Shown: positions 8,643 through 17,007, counted from the stretch's first letter. The stretch: DNA of 64,000 nucleotides from Azospirillum sp. CAG:239 (GCA_963619585.1 CAVEXR010000005.1:20860-84859), one strand, 5' to 3'. Notes: generated by a model from the sequence alone, not told the origin. Program-made: numbers and translations.

Positions 8643-9778
8643 TTTCTGCTTTTCAAAGTTTGGTATACCATTAATCCTTTCACTGTCAACAGGTATTTCT
8701 GACGAGGGTGCTTAGGAGAATCAGGATAGAGTAAGCGCACAAAACCGGATAGGACAGCAGGGGTCAAACTATATTCCTCAAAATTAGACCTGTCTTTCAG
8801 CCCAACGAGTTCCATTATCTCTCGCTTGGATAATTGCTGTTCGCCCACTGCCAACACCAATCGCTGTATCGGTTCGGTCATTGTTTGGAAGAGTTTTCCT
8901 ATACTTGCGGGGGTACTTGCAGGGGTACTTGTGGGGGTACTTGCGGGGGTCTGCTGTAACTCTGCCGGTGGATTGATAAGCAAATAACGATTTTTGAGTT
9001 CGTTCTTCTCTCCTAACAGCAGATTACGGAAAAACCGTTCAAGATATTGGTAATCATAGTCTATTCCGCTCGCAGCATTCTTATAATTCGCACGCACCAA
9101 CGCATTACGAAAGTACCATGAGTATTCAGCAAACAGACTATTATCAATATCAAACCCTATAGAACGCAAATAGAGGATAGTGAACACGGCTGTTGTTCGT
9201 GTATTTCCCTCGCCAAAAGCATGTATTTGCCACAATCCCACCACAAAACGGGCAATGTGTGCAATCATATCTGCCTGCGATAACCCATTGTAACTAAATG
9301 CTCTTTCGTTCTCTATATCGTATTCTATCGCCGAGCGAATATCTATGTAATTCAGATAACTGACCGTGCCACCCCGTAGCACCCATTCCTTTTTTGTGAT
9401 ATTGTAATCACGAATGCGCCCTGCAAATTTATATACGCCTGTAAACAGGTGCTTGTGTATAGACAGATACCCTTGCAGCGTAAAACCTACGGTATTGCTC
9501 TCTATCAATTCTGCTATCTTTGCGGCTACCGAGTCTGCCTCGAATTGGTTATCCTCATCGGCAGAACGAGTAGTCTTTGTTTGGTAGTAGGTATGTACCA
9601 AGCGTTGGGCTTCCTTAATATCTATCTCCCCCTCAATATGGCGTTTTGCCGTACTACGCAAATACTCCGACGGGGTAAGCCCGTCTACATCCTGCAACCC
9701 GATAGCCATAGCCCACGCTTCCGCTTTCTCGCGTTGCGACGGTTCTCCTTGCTGTATGTAGTAATCAAACTCGCTCAT
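8639..9778 (-). CDS. Fic/Fido-domain protein with an N-terminal VbhA-like segment and a C-terminal winged-helix-like domain
   Basis: The Fic motif region reads HAFGEGNTRTTA. The C-terminus reads PKHPRQKYLLTVKG. The stop overlaps the next gene's start (ATGA at 8639-8642). Confidence 0.8.
   Translation of the reverse strand: MSEFDYYIQQGEPSQREKAEAWAMAIGLQDVDGLTPSEYLRSTAKRHIEGEIDIKEAQRLVHTYYQTKTTRSADEDNQFEADSVAAKIAELIESNTVGFTLQGYLSIHKHLFTGVYKFAGRIRDYNITKKEWVLRGGTVSYLNYIDIRSAIEYDIENERAFSYNGLSQADMIAHIARFVVGLWQIHAFGEGNTRTTAVFTILYLRSIGFDIDNSLFAEYSWYFRNALVRANYKNAASGIDYDYQYLERFFRNLLLGEKNELKNRYLLINPPAELQQTPASTPTSTPASTPASIGKLFQTMTEPIQRLVLAVGEQQLSKREIMELVGLKDRSNFEEYSLTPAVLSGFVRLLYPDSPKHPRQKYLLTVKGLMVYQTLKSRK
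8902..8949. repeat. 4 x 12-bp in-frame tandem repeat inside the Fic gene (encodes TPASTPTSTPASTPAS)
   Basis: tacttgcggggg / tacttgcagggg / tacttgtggggg / tacttgcggggg. Confidence 0.85.
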
Positions 9779-9792
9779 GGGTAGGGTCTTGC

Positions 9793-10752
9793 TTATGGGT
9801 TAGTAGAAGTATCTGTGGTGTATAGTTGTCGAATGCGGGTTTGCACCAATTGCCAATAGGCTTCTTGCAGTTCTTCGGGCAGAAAAGAGGCATGAATGGT
9901 ACTCTCCCATGCGGGATAAATGCGCTCAAACTTGCGGAAGATATTGCTGATAACTTTCTCGTTCAAACCACTGCCTCGCATAGCCTTCTCGAAATCCGTA
10001 CGGGTCAGTTTGCGCTTTTTGCCATCAAGGGTAAGCGCCAACTCCTCGGAGTCGGAAGGATTGACTATCATCGCATTCAACAGGTCATAGGCAGGTGCCA
10101 ACACATAGCCTGTCGCCGACGGACGATAGAGCGAGAAGTTCTTCAAGTGCATATCGTTATTGCCCGTAAGCCAACAGAACAAGACCAATTCGTAGTAGCG
10201 CATAAGGTCTAACAATGGTGTCGACGAATATCGCGCAATGACTTTTGCCACCTGCTCGTAGGAACTCCTATACTTGTACTCCGTCGGGCGTTCGGATAAT
10301 TGGCACATATCTTCCATTGCCAATTTCTCGCCGTCGGGCAGACGGTCTATGCGGCGGGCAAGATACCCCAACTCTCCGTCTGCCAAACGGAAAAGCGTAT
10401 GAGGAACGACCTCAATCCGACTCTGCTCCGCCAAATGCATGGTCAAGTCCTCCACCTCGGGCAAATGCGGGTAATCTTCCGTTTGCGGCTTGAAGATATA
10501 CCCGCCGCCAAAACCGACAATGGTCAGTCGCTTGCTGCCCTCATGGTCTTGCAGGTGCAAGGATATTTTGGGTTGCACCCCCGTGAGTGTCGTCTGAGAG
10601 GCGATAACCTCTTTTGCCAAAGCGTCCATATCCGCACGGGTATAAGTCCACACGGGTACTGCCTGCGTGCCGAAAAAGCGGCGTACACAAGCGGGGTGAA
10701 AGTCCTTTTCGCCCTCCCGCAGTTCCTTATAGCAATACAGACATCTGCCCAT
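9793..10752 (-). CDS. HipA C-terminal-domain Ser/Thr kinase toxin (HipT-like, lacks the N-terminal subdomain)
   Basis: Gly-rich loop LTGVQPKISL, catalytic TGNNDMHLKNFSL, and APAYDLLN. The N-terminus has a Cys pair, CLYC...HPAC. Confidence 0.8.
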   Translation of the reverse strand: MGRCLYCYKELREGEKDFHPACVRRFFGTQAVPVWTYTRADMDALAKEVIASQTTLTGVQPKISLHLQDHEGSKRLTIVGFGGGYIFKPQTEDYPHLPEVEDLTMHLAEQSRIEVVPHTLFRLADGELGYLARRIDRLPDGEKLAMEDMCQLSERPTEYKYRSSYEQVAKVIARYSSTPLLDLMRYYELVLFCWLTGNNDMHLKNFSLYRPSATGYVLAPAYDLLNAMIVNPSDSEELALTLDGKKRKLTRTDFEKAMRGSGLNEKVISNIFRKFERIYPAWESTIHASFLPEELQEAYWQLVQTRIRQLYTTDTSTNP

Positions 10753-10781
10753 AGTCTGACACTTTAACTTCTATAAATTCC

Positions 10782-11102
10782 TTACCCTTTAACTTCTACG
10801 ACACTTACCGCCCCTATGCAGTCTTTGCAGCAGAGCAACAGCAGTCCCATTCTATCCAACATACTCACATCCGTACTCCGCAGTGCCACATCCAACAGCC
10901 AACCCTCCGGTATCAACCCGTCGAAGAACGGAAAGAGCGTGAGGCTCTCGTAGGCAGCCGGCGAAAGAGGGAGCGTCAAACTTACGGGCAAAGCACCCGC
11001 TTGTTGCAAGTATGCCTCATCGTAAGCAAAGCGATACCCCGCGTCGGTTTCCACTAACACGCCAGCCAAAGAATCTTGATAATATATTTCAGCCTTGCGC
11101 AT
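10782..11102 (-). CDS. HipA N-terminal-domain protein (HipS-like)
   Basis: MRKAEIYYQDSLAGVLVE...FPFFDGLIPEGWL resembles the HipA N-terminal coupling domain encoded as a separate small ORF. Confidence 0.75.
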   Translation of the reverse strand: MRKAEIYYQDSLAGVLVETDAGYRFAYDEAYLQQAGALPVSLTLPLSPAAYESLTLFPFFDGLIPEGWLLDVALRSTDVSMLDRMGLLLLCCKDCIGAVSVVEVKG

Positions 11103-11304
11103 TCTCTTTGCGTTGCGGGGTCAATTCGTAATGAAACAAATCCAACACCTGATTCACCTTATCCATACGCAGCGACACTTTCCCCTGCTCCAACTCACGC
11201 ACAAAGAAAAGACTCACACCGGATTTGTATGCCAAATCCTCTTGCGTCAATCCATATTGCTTTCGTAGTGCCTTTACACACTCCGATAATTTCGTCTTCG
11301 CCAT
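11089..11304 (-). CDS. XRE-family helix-turn-helix regulator (HipB-like)
   Basis: LRKQYGLTQEDLAYKSGVSLFFVRELEQGK. It overlaps the HipS-like ORF by 14 nt. Confidence 0.8.
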   Translation of the reverse strand: MAKTKLSECVKALRKQYGLTQEDLAYKSGVSLFFVRELEQGKVSLRMDKVNQVLDLFHYELTPQRKENAQG

Positions 11305-11344
11305 AATACAATCTATTCACTTGTACATAAAACTATATTCGTTT

Positions 11345-11422
11345 GCATATAAAATCACAAAGAATATGCCACATTATATTATATCGCATATAATTCTATT
11401 ATTTCATGCTACCATTATATGC
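11345..11422. promoter_or_regulatory. four alternating GCATAT / ATATGC half-sites upstream of the XRE gene (candidate operator)
   Basis: GCATAT at 11345 and 11386; ATATGC at 11364 and 11417. The region is AT-rich and lies 5' of the minus-strand XRE start. Confidence 0.35.
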
Positions 11423-11451
11423 TATCGAATATAGAGATACAGACCGAGGTG

Positions 11452-11961
11452 TTAGTGCTTTTCGGCGAGGCGGGCGGCAAGGATCATCTCGGCGATTTCA
11501 CGGATGGCACCATCGCCACCCGCACGGGTTAGGTGGATGATGCCGGGGATGTTCTTGATCCGCTCTATGGCGTTGGTAGGGCAACAAGGGGTGCCGACAG
11601 CCTCCAAAAGATCTAAATCGTTGACATCATCACCCACGAAACAAACATCCTCTAAAGTGATACCCAACTCGGCGCAAATCTCCTGCGCGGTTTCGAGTTT
11701 GGTCTGACGCACATGATCTACCTGACGCCCTACGCCCATACGCAAATACTCCATGCCCAATTTTTTGGCACGAGCCGCCACGATCTCGGTGGTCTCGCTG
11801 GTGAGAATGCCGCAGGGAATGCCCGCCTTGCGCAACAGCACGATACCCATGCCATCGTAGACACAGAAGCGCTTCATCTCATCGCCATTGGCGGAATAGT
11901 ACATGCCGCCGTCCGTCATGCAGCCGTCTACATCGGTCAAGAACAATTTTACCGGTTTCAT
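11452..11961 (-). CDS. kdsC: KDO 8-phosphate phosphatase (HAD-IIIA)
   Basis: KLFLTDVDGCMTDGGMYY...DGMGIVLL...FVGDDVNDL. The ATG at 11961 overlaps the thiL stop (ATGA). Confidence 0.8.
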   Translation of the reverse strand: MKPVKLFLTDVDGCMTDGGMYYSANGDEMKRFCVYDGMGIVLLRKAGIPCGILTSETTEIVAARAKKLGMEYLRMGVGRQVDHVRQTKLETAQEICAELGITLEDVCFVGDDVNDLDLLEAVGTPCCPTNAIERIKNIPGIIHLTRAGGDGAIREIAEMILAARLAEKH

Positions 11962-12995
11962 TTCGCCTCCTCCGTGAATGCATTCCAACCTTGTGCACGA
12001 AGTGCCAACTCCTCGCCGTTGCGCCCGATAAGATTCGTGCCGTACTCAGGCTTGGTGATATGTCCGATGATATACAAATCCTCGATAGGCACGAGTTTTT
12101 CGTAATCGTTGATGTCGCAGGTGAAGAGCAACTCGTAGTCCTCGCCGCCGTTAAGCGCACAGGTAACGATATTCAAATTCATCTCGTCGGCAAGGGCTGC
12201 CGCCTGGTAATCAATAGGCAACTTGTCCTCATAGACCGCACAGCCGACACCTGACTGCGAGCAGATATGCAGCAACTCGGACGACAGACCGTCGGACACA
12301 TCCATCATAGCGGTCGGCTTGACGCCCGCCTTATGCAGCGCTGCGATAATATCACGGCGAGCCTCCGGCTTCAGTTGTCGCTCGAGCAGGTACTCTTTGC
12401 CATCGAATGCGGGGGCTGCGTTGGCATTGTTGGCTGCTACGAGGCGTTCACGCTCCAACAACTGCAGACCCATATAGGCGGTACCAAGATTGCCCGACAC
12501 GCAGATAAGGTCGTTCATTTTTGCCCCGTTGCGATAGACAATATCTTCTGCCTTGGCCGTACCCAAACAGGTGATAGAGATGGTAAGCCCCGTCATGGAA
12601 GCGCAGGTGTCGCCACCTACCAAATCTACGCCATAACGCTCGCACGCCAAGCGGATGCCGCCGAAGAGTTCGTCCATATCCTCGACGGAGAAACGACGGC
12701 TAATACCCACAGACACTGTGATTTGCGTGGGGGTGCCGTTCATGGCGTATATATCGGAGAAGTTGACCACGGCTGCCTTATAGCCGAGGTGCTTGAGCGG
12801 TATATATTCGAGATTGAAATGAATGCCCTCGAGGAGCATATCGCTCGTAACGAGGCAACGATCGGCACCGTAGTCCATAACGGCGGCATCGTCGCCTACC
12901 CCTTTCTTGGTCGATGGTTGGTGCATAGTCAGGTCTTTTGTCAAACGGCGAATCAGTCCGAACTCGCCTAAAGTGGAAATTTCCGTGCGTGCCAT
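11958..12995 (-). CDS. thiL: thiamine-monophosphate kinase
   Basis: STLGEFGLIRRLTK...GVGDDAAVMDY...DMLLEGIHF. Confidence 0.85.
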   Translation of the reverse strand: MARTEISTLGEFGLIRRLTKDLTMHQPSTKKGVGDDAAVMDYGADRCLVTSDMLLEGIHFNLEYIPLKHLGYKAAVVNFSDIYAMNGTPTQITVSVGISRRFSVEDMDELFGGIRLACERYGVDLVGGDTCASMTGLTISITCLGTAKAEDIVYRNGAKMNDLICVSGNLGTAYMGLQLLERERLVAANNANAAPAFDGKEYLLERQLKPEARRDIIAALHKAGVKPTAMMDVSDGLSSELLHICSQSGVGCAVYEDKLPIDYQAAALADEMNLNIVTCALNGGEDYELLFTCDINDYEKLVPIEDLYIIGHITKPEYGTNLIGRNGEELALRAQGWNAFTEEAK

Positions 12996-13109
12996 AATTT
13001 GTTTGGGTTTTGGGGTTAGTTTATATGTTAGGTTTTGTGTTGAGTTGGTTTTTATTACTACTCTTTTAACCCTCTGCAGAAGGACAGCGAAGGTCTTTTA
13101 TTCTGTCTG

Positions 13110-13117
13110 CAAAGGTA
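13110..13117 (-). promoter_or_regulatory. -7 box TAccTTTG upstream of thiL
   Basis: The plus strand reads caaaggta, upstream of the minus-strand start at 12995. Confidence 0.5.
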
Positions 13118-13298
13118 CACTTTTTCTTCGAGGTACACAAGAGAGGAAGGCAACTATTCATCCCCCTCTATCCATATAACGCAGAAAAACGGAAAATCTA
13201 TCACCTCTACACACAAAAAAAATACTTTTATGCTGTTCTATGGATTTGTATTTCGGCACAAAAATTGCTTAAGGCTTGTAGGAACGGAATAATTGTTG

Positions 13299-13306
13299 TA
13301 ACTTTG
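13299..13306 (+). promoter_or_regulatory. -7 box TAacTTTG upstream of bamD
   Basis: gtaactttgcgg lies 33 nt before the ATG at 13339. Confidence 0.55.
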
Positions 13307-13338
13307 CGGGCTTTTTGTAATCGGGTTTTATTATCGTT

Positions 13339-14142
13339 ATGAAGAAAAAGGGCTTATTCATTTTGTTGGTCGGTGTACTCCTCGCGTCGTGCGGTGAGTA
13401 CCAAAAGACACTAAAATCCACCGACCCGGACTATAAGTATCAACAAGCCCTGATGTACTTCAACGACAAGCAGTATGTGAAGTCGCAGACCCTACTGGAC
13501 GATGTAGCCCCCTACTACAAAGGCACGGAACGCAGCGAGGATGTGCTCGCCTACCTTGCACGGAGTTATATGGGGCAGAAAGATTATGCCTCGGCTGCCA
13601 ACTACTACCAAGCCTATATCCGCAATTACCCGAAAGGCAAATACGCCATCGAGGCACGCTACCAACTCGGGCATTGCTACTACCTCGATTCGCCCGATGC
13701 ACGGCTCGACCAAGCGATAACCCGCCAAGCCATTCAGGCGTACACGGAGTTTGTGGAACTCTATCCTGAGAGTCCCTACGCTGAGCAGGCGTATACAGAG
13801 ATGAACGAGATGTACGACAAGTTGGCATACAAGGAATACTTGAGCGCAAAACTCTATTTCAACCTCGGCACCTACCTCGGCAACAACTATGAAAGTTGCG
13901 AGATAACGGCGAAGAATGCCCTCAAGACCTACCCGAGCAACAAGTATCAAGAGGAACTGAACTGGCTGATACTGCAGTCCAAACACCAACAGATGCTCGC
14001 CTCGTACGAGGAGAAGAAAATGGAGCGTGCCCGCGATACGCAGGACGAATACTACAACTTCATCACCGAATATCCCGACTCGAAACACCGCTCGGCGGCA
14101 GAACGCATATTCCGCGATGTACAGAAGATAATCAAAGACTAA
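13339..14142 (+). CDS. bamD: outer membrane protein assembly factor BamD (TPR lipoprotein)
   Basis: Lipobox LLASCGEY, TPR-like repeats, and the position before rpoZ-coaBC. Confidence 0.8.
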   Translation: MKKKGLFILLVGVLLASCGEYQKTLKSTDPDYKYQQALMYFNDKQYVKSQTLLDDVAPYYKGTERSEDVLAYLARSYMGQKDYASAANYYQAYIRNYPKGKYAIEARYQLGHCYYLDSPDARLDQAITRQAIQAYTEFVELYPESPYAEQAYTEMNEMYDKLAYKEYLSAKLYFNLGTYLGNNYESCEITAKNALKTYPSNKYQEELNWLILQSKHQQMLASYEEKKMERARDTQDEYYNFITEYPDSKHRSAAERIFRDVQKIIKD

Positions 14143-14159
14143 TCAGATTCTATAGAATA

Positions 14160-14492
14160 ATGGATGTAAAACAGATTAAAGCGCCGAAGAATACGATTAC
14201 GCGCGACATGAACAAGTTGGTAGAGCCCGTAGGCAATGTCTATGAGACCGTAGCCATTATCGCCAAGCGTGCGAACCAAATAAGTTCGACACTCAAGAAA
14301 GAGTTGGACGCCAAGTTGCAGGACTTTGCCGTTCCACAGGAGTCGTCCGATGAGACTTTCGAGAACCAGGAGCAGATAGAGATTTCGCGTTCGTACGAGC
14401 GTCTGCCCAAGCCGACCCTTATGGCTACCCAAGAGTTCGTAGACGGCGACTTGGTGTACAAGAACAACAACAAGGACGAAGCACTGAAATAG
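14160..14492 (+). CDS. rpoZ: DNA-directed RNA polymerase subunit omega
   Basis: MDVKQIKAPKNTITRDMNKLVEPVGNVYETVAIIAKRANQI. The internal ATG of the longer listed ORF was chosen as the start. Confidence 0.7.
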   Translation: MDVKQIKAPKNTITRDMNKLVEPVGNVYETVAIIAKRANQISSTLKKELDAKLQDFAVPQESSDETFENQEQIEISRSYERLPKPTLMATQEFVDGDLVYKNNNKDEALK

Positions 14493-14516
14493 TGGTTTGT
14501 CGCCACAGGCAGTTCG

Positions 14517-15776
14517 TTGTTAAAGGGCAAACACATACTTATCGGCATCAGTGGCGGCATTGCTGCCTACAAGATTCCTGAACTTATCCGTCTCCTGCGC
14601 AAAGCAGGGGCAGAAGTGCGCGTAACGACCACACGCCATGCGTTGGAGTTCGTTACGGAGTTGACCTTGCAGACCCTCTCGGGCTACAAGGTCTATTCGG
14701 ATGTGTTCGCCGCTATCAATGAACACTCTACCGAGCATATCTCGCTGCCGGATTGGGCGGACTTGATGCTAATCGCCCCTGCGACGGCGAATGTGCTATG
14801 CAAGATGGCAAGCGGCGTGGCAGACGATGCGCTGACCACCACTTTTGCCGCCATGCGCAAGCCCGTAGTGATTGCGCCTGCCATGAACGACAAGATGTAC
14901 CTATCACCCGCCACACAAGCGGCGATGCAACGGCTGTCGGCGTGGGAGAACATCCTAATGCTCGACTGTGCAGACGGCGAATTGGCGTGCGGGACAAGCG
15001 GCAAAGGGCGTATGCAAGAGCCGACAGCCCTCGAAGAGGCAGCCGAAGAGGCACTCACGCCCAAGACGCTCGCGGGCAAGCGGGTGCTAATCACGGCAGG
15101 CCCCACCCAAGAGCGTATCGACCCCGTTCGCTATATCAGCAACTACTCCACGGGAAAAATGGGCTATGCCCTGGTACAAGCCTGCCGCCGCCACGGGGCA
15201 GAAGTAGTACTCGTCTCGGGGCAGACAAGCCTCCATACCGTATTGGATTTCCCCGTCTATGGGCGTGCCGCACGGGTGGAGCGGGTGAATGTGCGCTCTG
15301 CCGAAGAGATGTATCGCACCTGCGTGGAGGCGTTCCCTCGAGTCGATATGGCTATTCTCTCCGCTGCCGTGGCAGATTTCTCCCCAAGCAGCATATCGCC
15401 TATTAAGATAAAGAAGCGCAGCGACGAGGATACCCTAACGCTGACGCTGCAGAAGGCCCCCGATATTGCAGCCACGCTAGGGCAACAGAAAAGCGCAGGG
15501 CAACGCATAGTGGGCTTTGCGCTGGAGACCAACGACGAGGAGGCACACGCACTCCATAAGTTGCAAAGCAAAGGGCTGGACATGATCGTACTCAATTCGC
15601 TGCGTACACCCAACGCCTGCTTCGGGTATGATACAAACGAGGTTACCATCTACCGCAGGGTATCCCATTCGCAGGGCGACACCTGCACCACTGATTCTAT
15701 ACAAAAAACGACCTACCCTCTGCAGGATAAGTCGATGATTGCCGAAGATATTCTCTCTGAGGCTTTACTCAATTAG
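14517..15776 (+). CDS. coaBC: bifunctional phosphopantothenoylcysteine decarboxylase / phosphopantothenate-cysteine ligase
   Basis: GKHILIGISGGIAAYK plus a C-terminal CoaB domain. The start codon is TTG. Confidence 0.88.
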   Translation: MLKGKHILIGISGGIAAYKIPELIRLLRKAGAEVRVTTTRHALEFVTELTLQTLSGYKVYSDVFAAINEHSTEHISLPDWADLMLIAPATANVLCKMASGVADDALTTTFAAMRKPVVIAPAMNDKMYLSPATQAAMQRLSAWENILMLDCADGELACGTSGKGRMQEPTALEEAAEEALTPKTLAGKRVLITAGPTQERIDPVRYISNYSTGKMGYALVQACRRHGAEVVLVSGQTSLHTVLDFPVYGRAARVERVNVRSAEEMYRTCVEAFPRVDMAILSAAVADFSPSSISPIKIKKRSDEDTLTLTLQKAPDIAATLGQQKSAGQRIVGFALETNDEEAHALHKLQSKGLDMIVLNSLRTPNACFGYDTNEVTIYRRVSHSQGDTCTTDSIQKTTYPLQDKSMIAEDILSEALLN

Positions 15777-15808
15777 GACTCCCCCTGCCCCCTCAGAAAG
15801 AGGGGGGA
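15777..15808. repeat. GACTCCCC...CCCCCTC-loop-GAGGGGG hairpin module
   Basis: gactccccctgccccctcagaaagagggggga begins 1 nt after the coaBC stop. Related copies are at 20376, 50941 and 57943. Confidence 0.8.
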
Positions 15809-15888
15809 TAGATAGGTTGGATTGGCTATTTTATATAGATTGTCTATATTGTATAGATAGTCTAGGGGATCTATTTGAACTATGTATT

Positions 15889-17007
15889 CTAGTTGCATTG
15901 TTGGGTGAGTTGGTGAGCGGCACGCTGCGTAGCACGGTGGGCCGCACGCTGCGTTTGGCGTTGCTGACGGCGAGTCATTGCAGGGTTACGATAGGGTATT
16001 CCTACACAGGAGTACCTCTTCGTTCTTTGCCCTGCTTTTCTCGTAGCCGTTGTCTGTTTTGTTGTGGTAAGGGTAGGGTTATGTGTTGTGGTGGTAGTGG
16101 TAGTGGTAGTGGTAGGGTTATGTGTTGTTGTGGTGGGGGTGGGGTTATGTGTTGCGGTGGTATAGGTAGTATTATGTGGGGTGGTGGTAGGGGTAGGGGT
16201 TGTGTGGGGTGTTGTTGTGGTGTGTGGCGGTTGGTTGAGCAGCACCTCGAGGACGGTGCAGGAAGCGGTGTAGCGGCCGTATTGATAGTTCAGGTGATAA
16301 CCGTCGCGGCAAAGGGTATCGCCCATGGTGCGGCGGGCGTTCTGCACTGCCACGCCGCAAGGGATGAGCAAGAGAGAGGGGTGCTGTTGCAATACCCACT
16401 GCGTGGTGCGACAGATACTGTCGTACATCTCGCGCTGATTAGAGTGGTAGCGGGGGAAGTCGGGATGATGACTATTGGCGGCGTACGCCCAAGTCATCAA
16501 CCAACACAGGCGGGCGGCAGGCTGATAGCCGCGCACGGTGTCTATCAGTTGGGAAAGGTAGGGTTCAAAGGTCGTGCGGTCGCCACTATCGCCACTCGCT
16601 TGCTGGAAAGTGATATAGTCCCAACGGCGTTCACGGAGTGCCTGACGGAGCGTCTTGCCCTCAAAGACCCTGCGCTCGCCCTGCTCGATAAGGCGGTAAC
16701 TATAGGCTGCCGTATCTGCCAAAAGGAAAGTATAGTGCTGCAAAAGCGAACAGCCGCCGTAGTAGAGGTTGCCTATCAGGATAGGTTGACCTGCGGCAGC
16801 AGCAAGCGGGGCAAGTTCCTGCTCGACGGCGTCCCACGAGAAACTATTGCCTATGCAGAGCAGACGAATGGTGTCCTGCCCGGCACAATGTGCAGTATCC
16901 GTACGGTGCGTAACCGTACGGGACGAAACAAAAGACCCTGCACTGCCCCAAAAGAAGAGACAGAACAGGGTTATAACCATGCGTACTGAAGAAGACCGCT
17001 CAAGCAT
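15889..17007 (-). CDS. DUF4886-like (SGNH-hydrolase-like) secreted protein with a Thr/Pro/His-rich C-terminal extension
   Basis: Signal-like N-terminus and IRLLCIGNSFSWD...LIGNLYYGGCSL. The last ~110 aa are low complexity (PHTTPTPTTTPHNTT...). Confidence 0.6.
   Translation of the reverse strand: MLERSSSVRMVITLFCLFFWGSAGSFVSSRTVTHRTDTAHCAGQDTIRLLCIGNSFSWDAVEQELAPLAAAAGQPILIGNLYYGGCSLLQHYTFLLADTAAYSYRLIEQGERRVFEGKTLRQALRERRWDYITFQQASGDSGDRTTFEPYLSQLIDTVRGYQPAARLCWLMTWAYAANSHHPDFPRYHSNQREMYDSICRTTQWVLQQHPSLLLIPCGVAVQNARRTMGDTLCRDGYHLNYQYGRYTASCTVLEVLLNQPPHTTTTPHTTPTPTTTPHNTTYTTATHNPTPTTTTHNPTTTTTTTTTTHNPTLTTTKQTTATRKAGQRTKRYSCVGIPYRNPAMTRRQQRQTQRAAHRATQRAAHQLTQQCN

Noticed and set aside
15739-16989. 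A 416-aa plus-strand ORF with a Cys/Gly-rich repeat (CCGGSGSGSGRVMCCCGGGG)
   Set aside because: It is antisense to the DUF4886-like gene. The Cys/Gly repeat is the mirror image of the Thr/Pro/His tail repeat, and there is no independent coding evidence.
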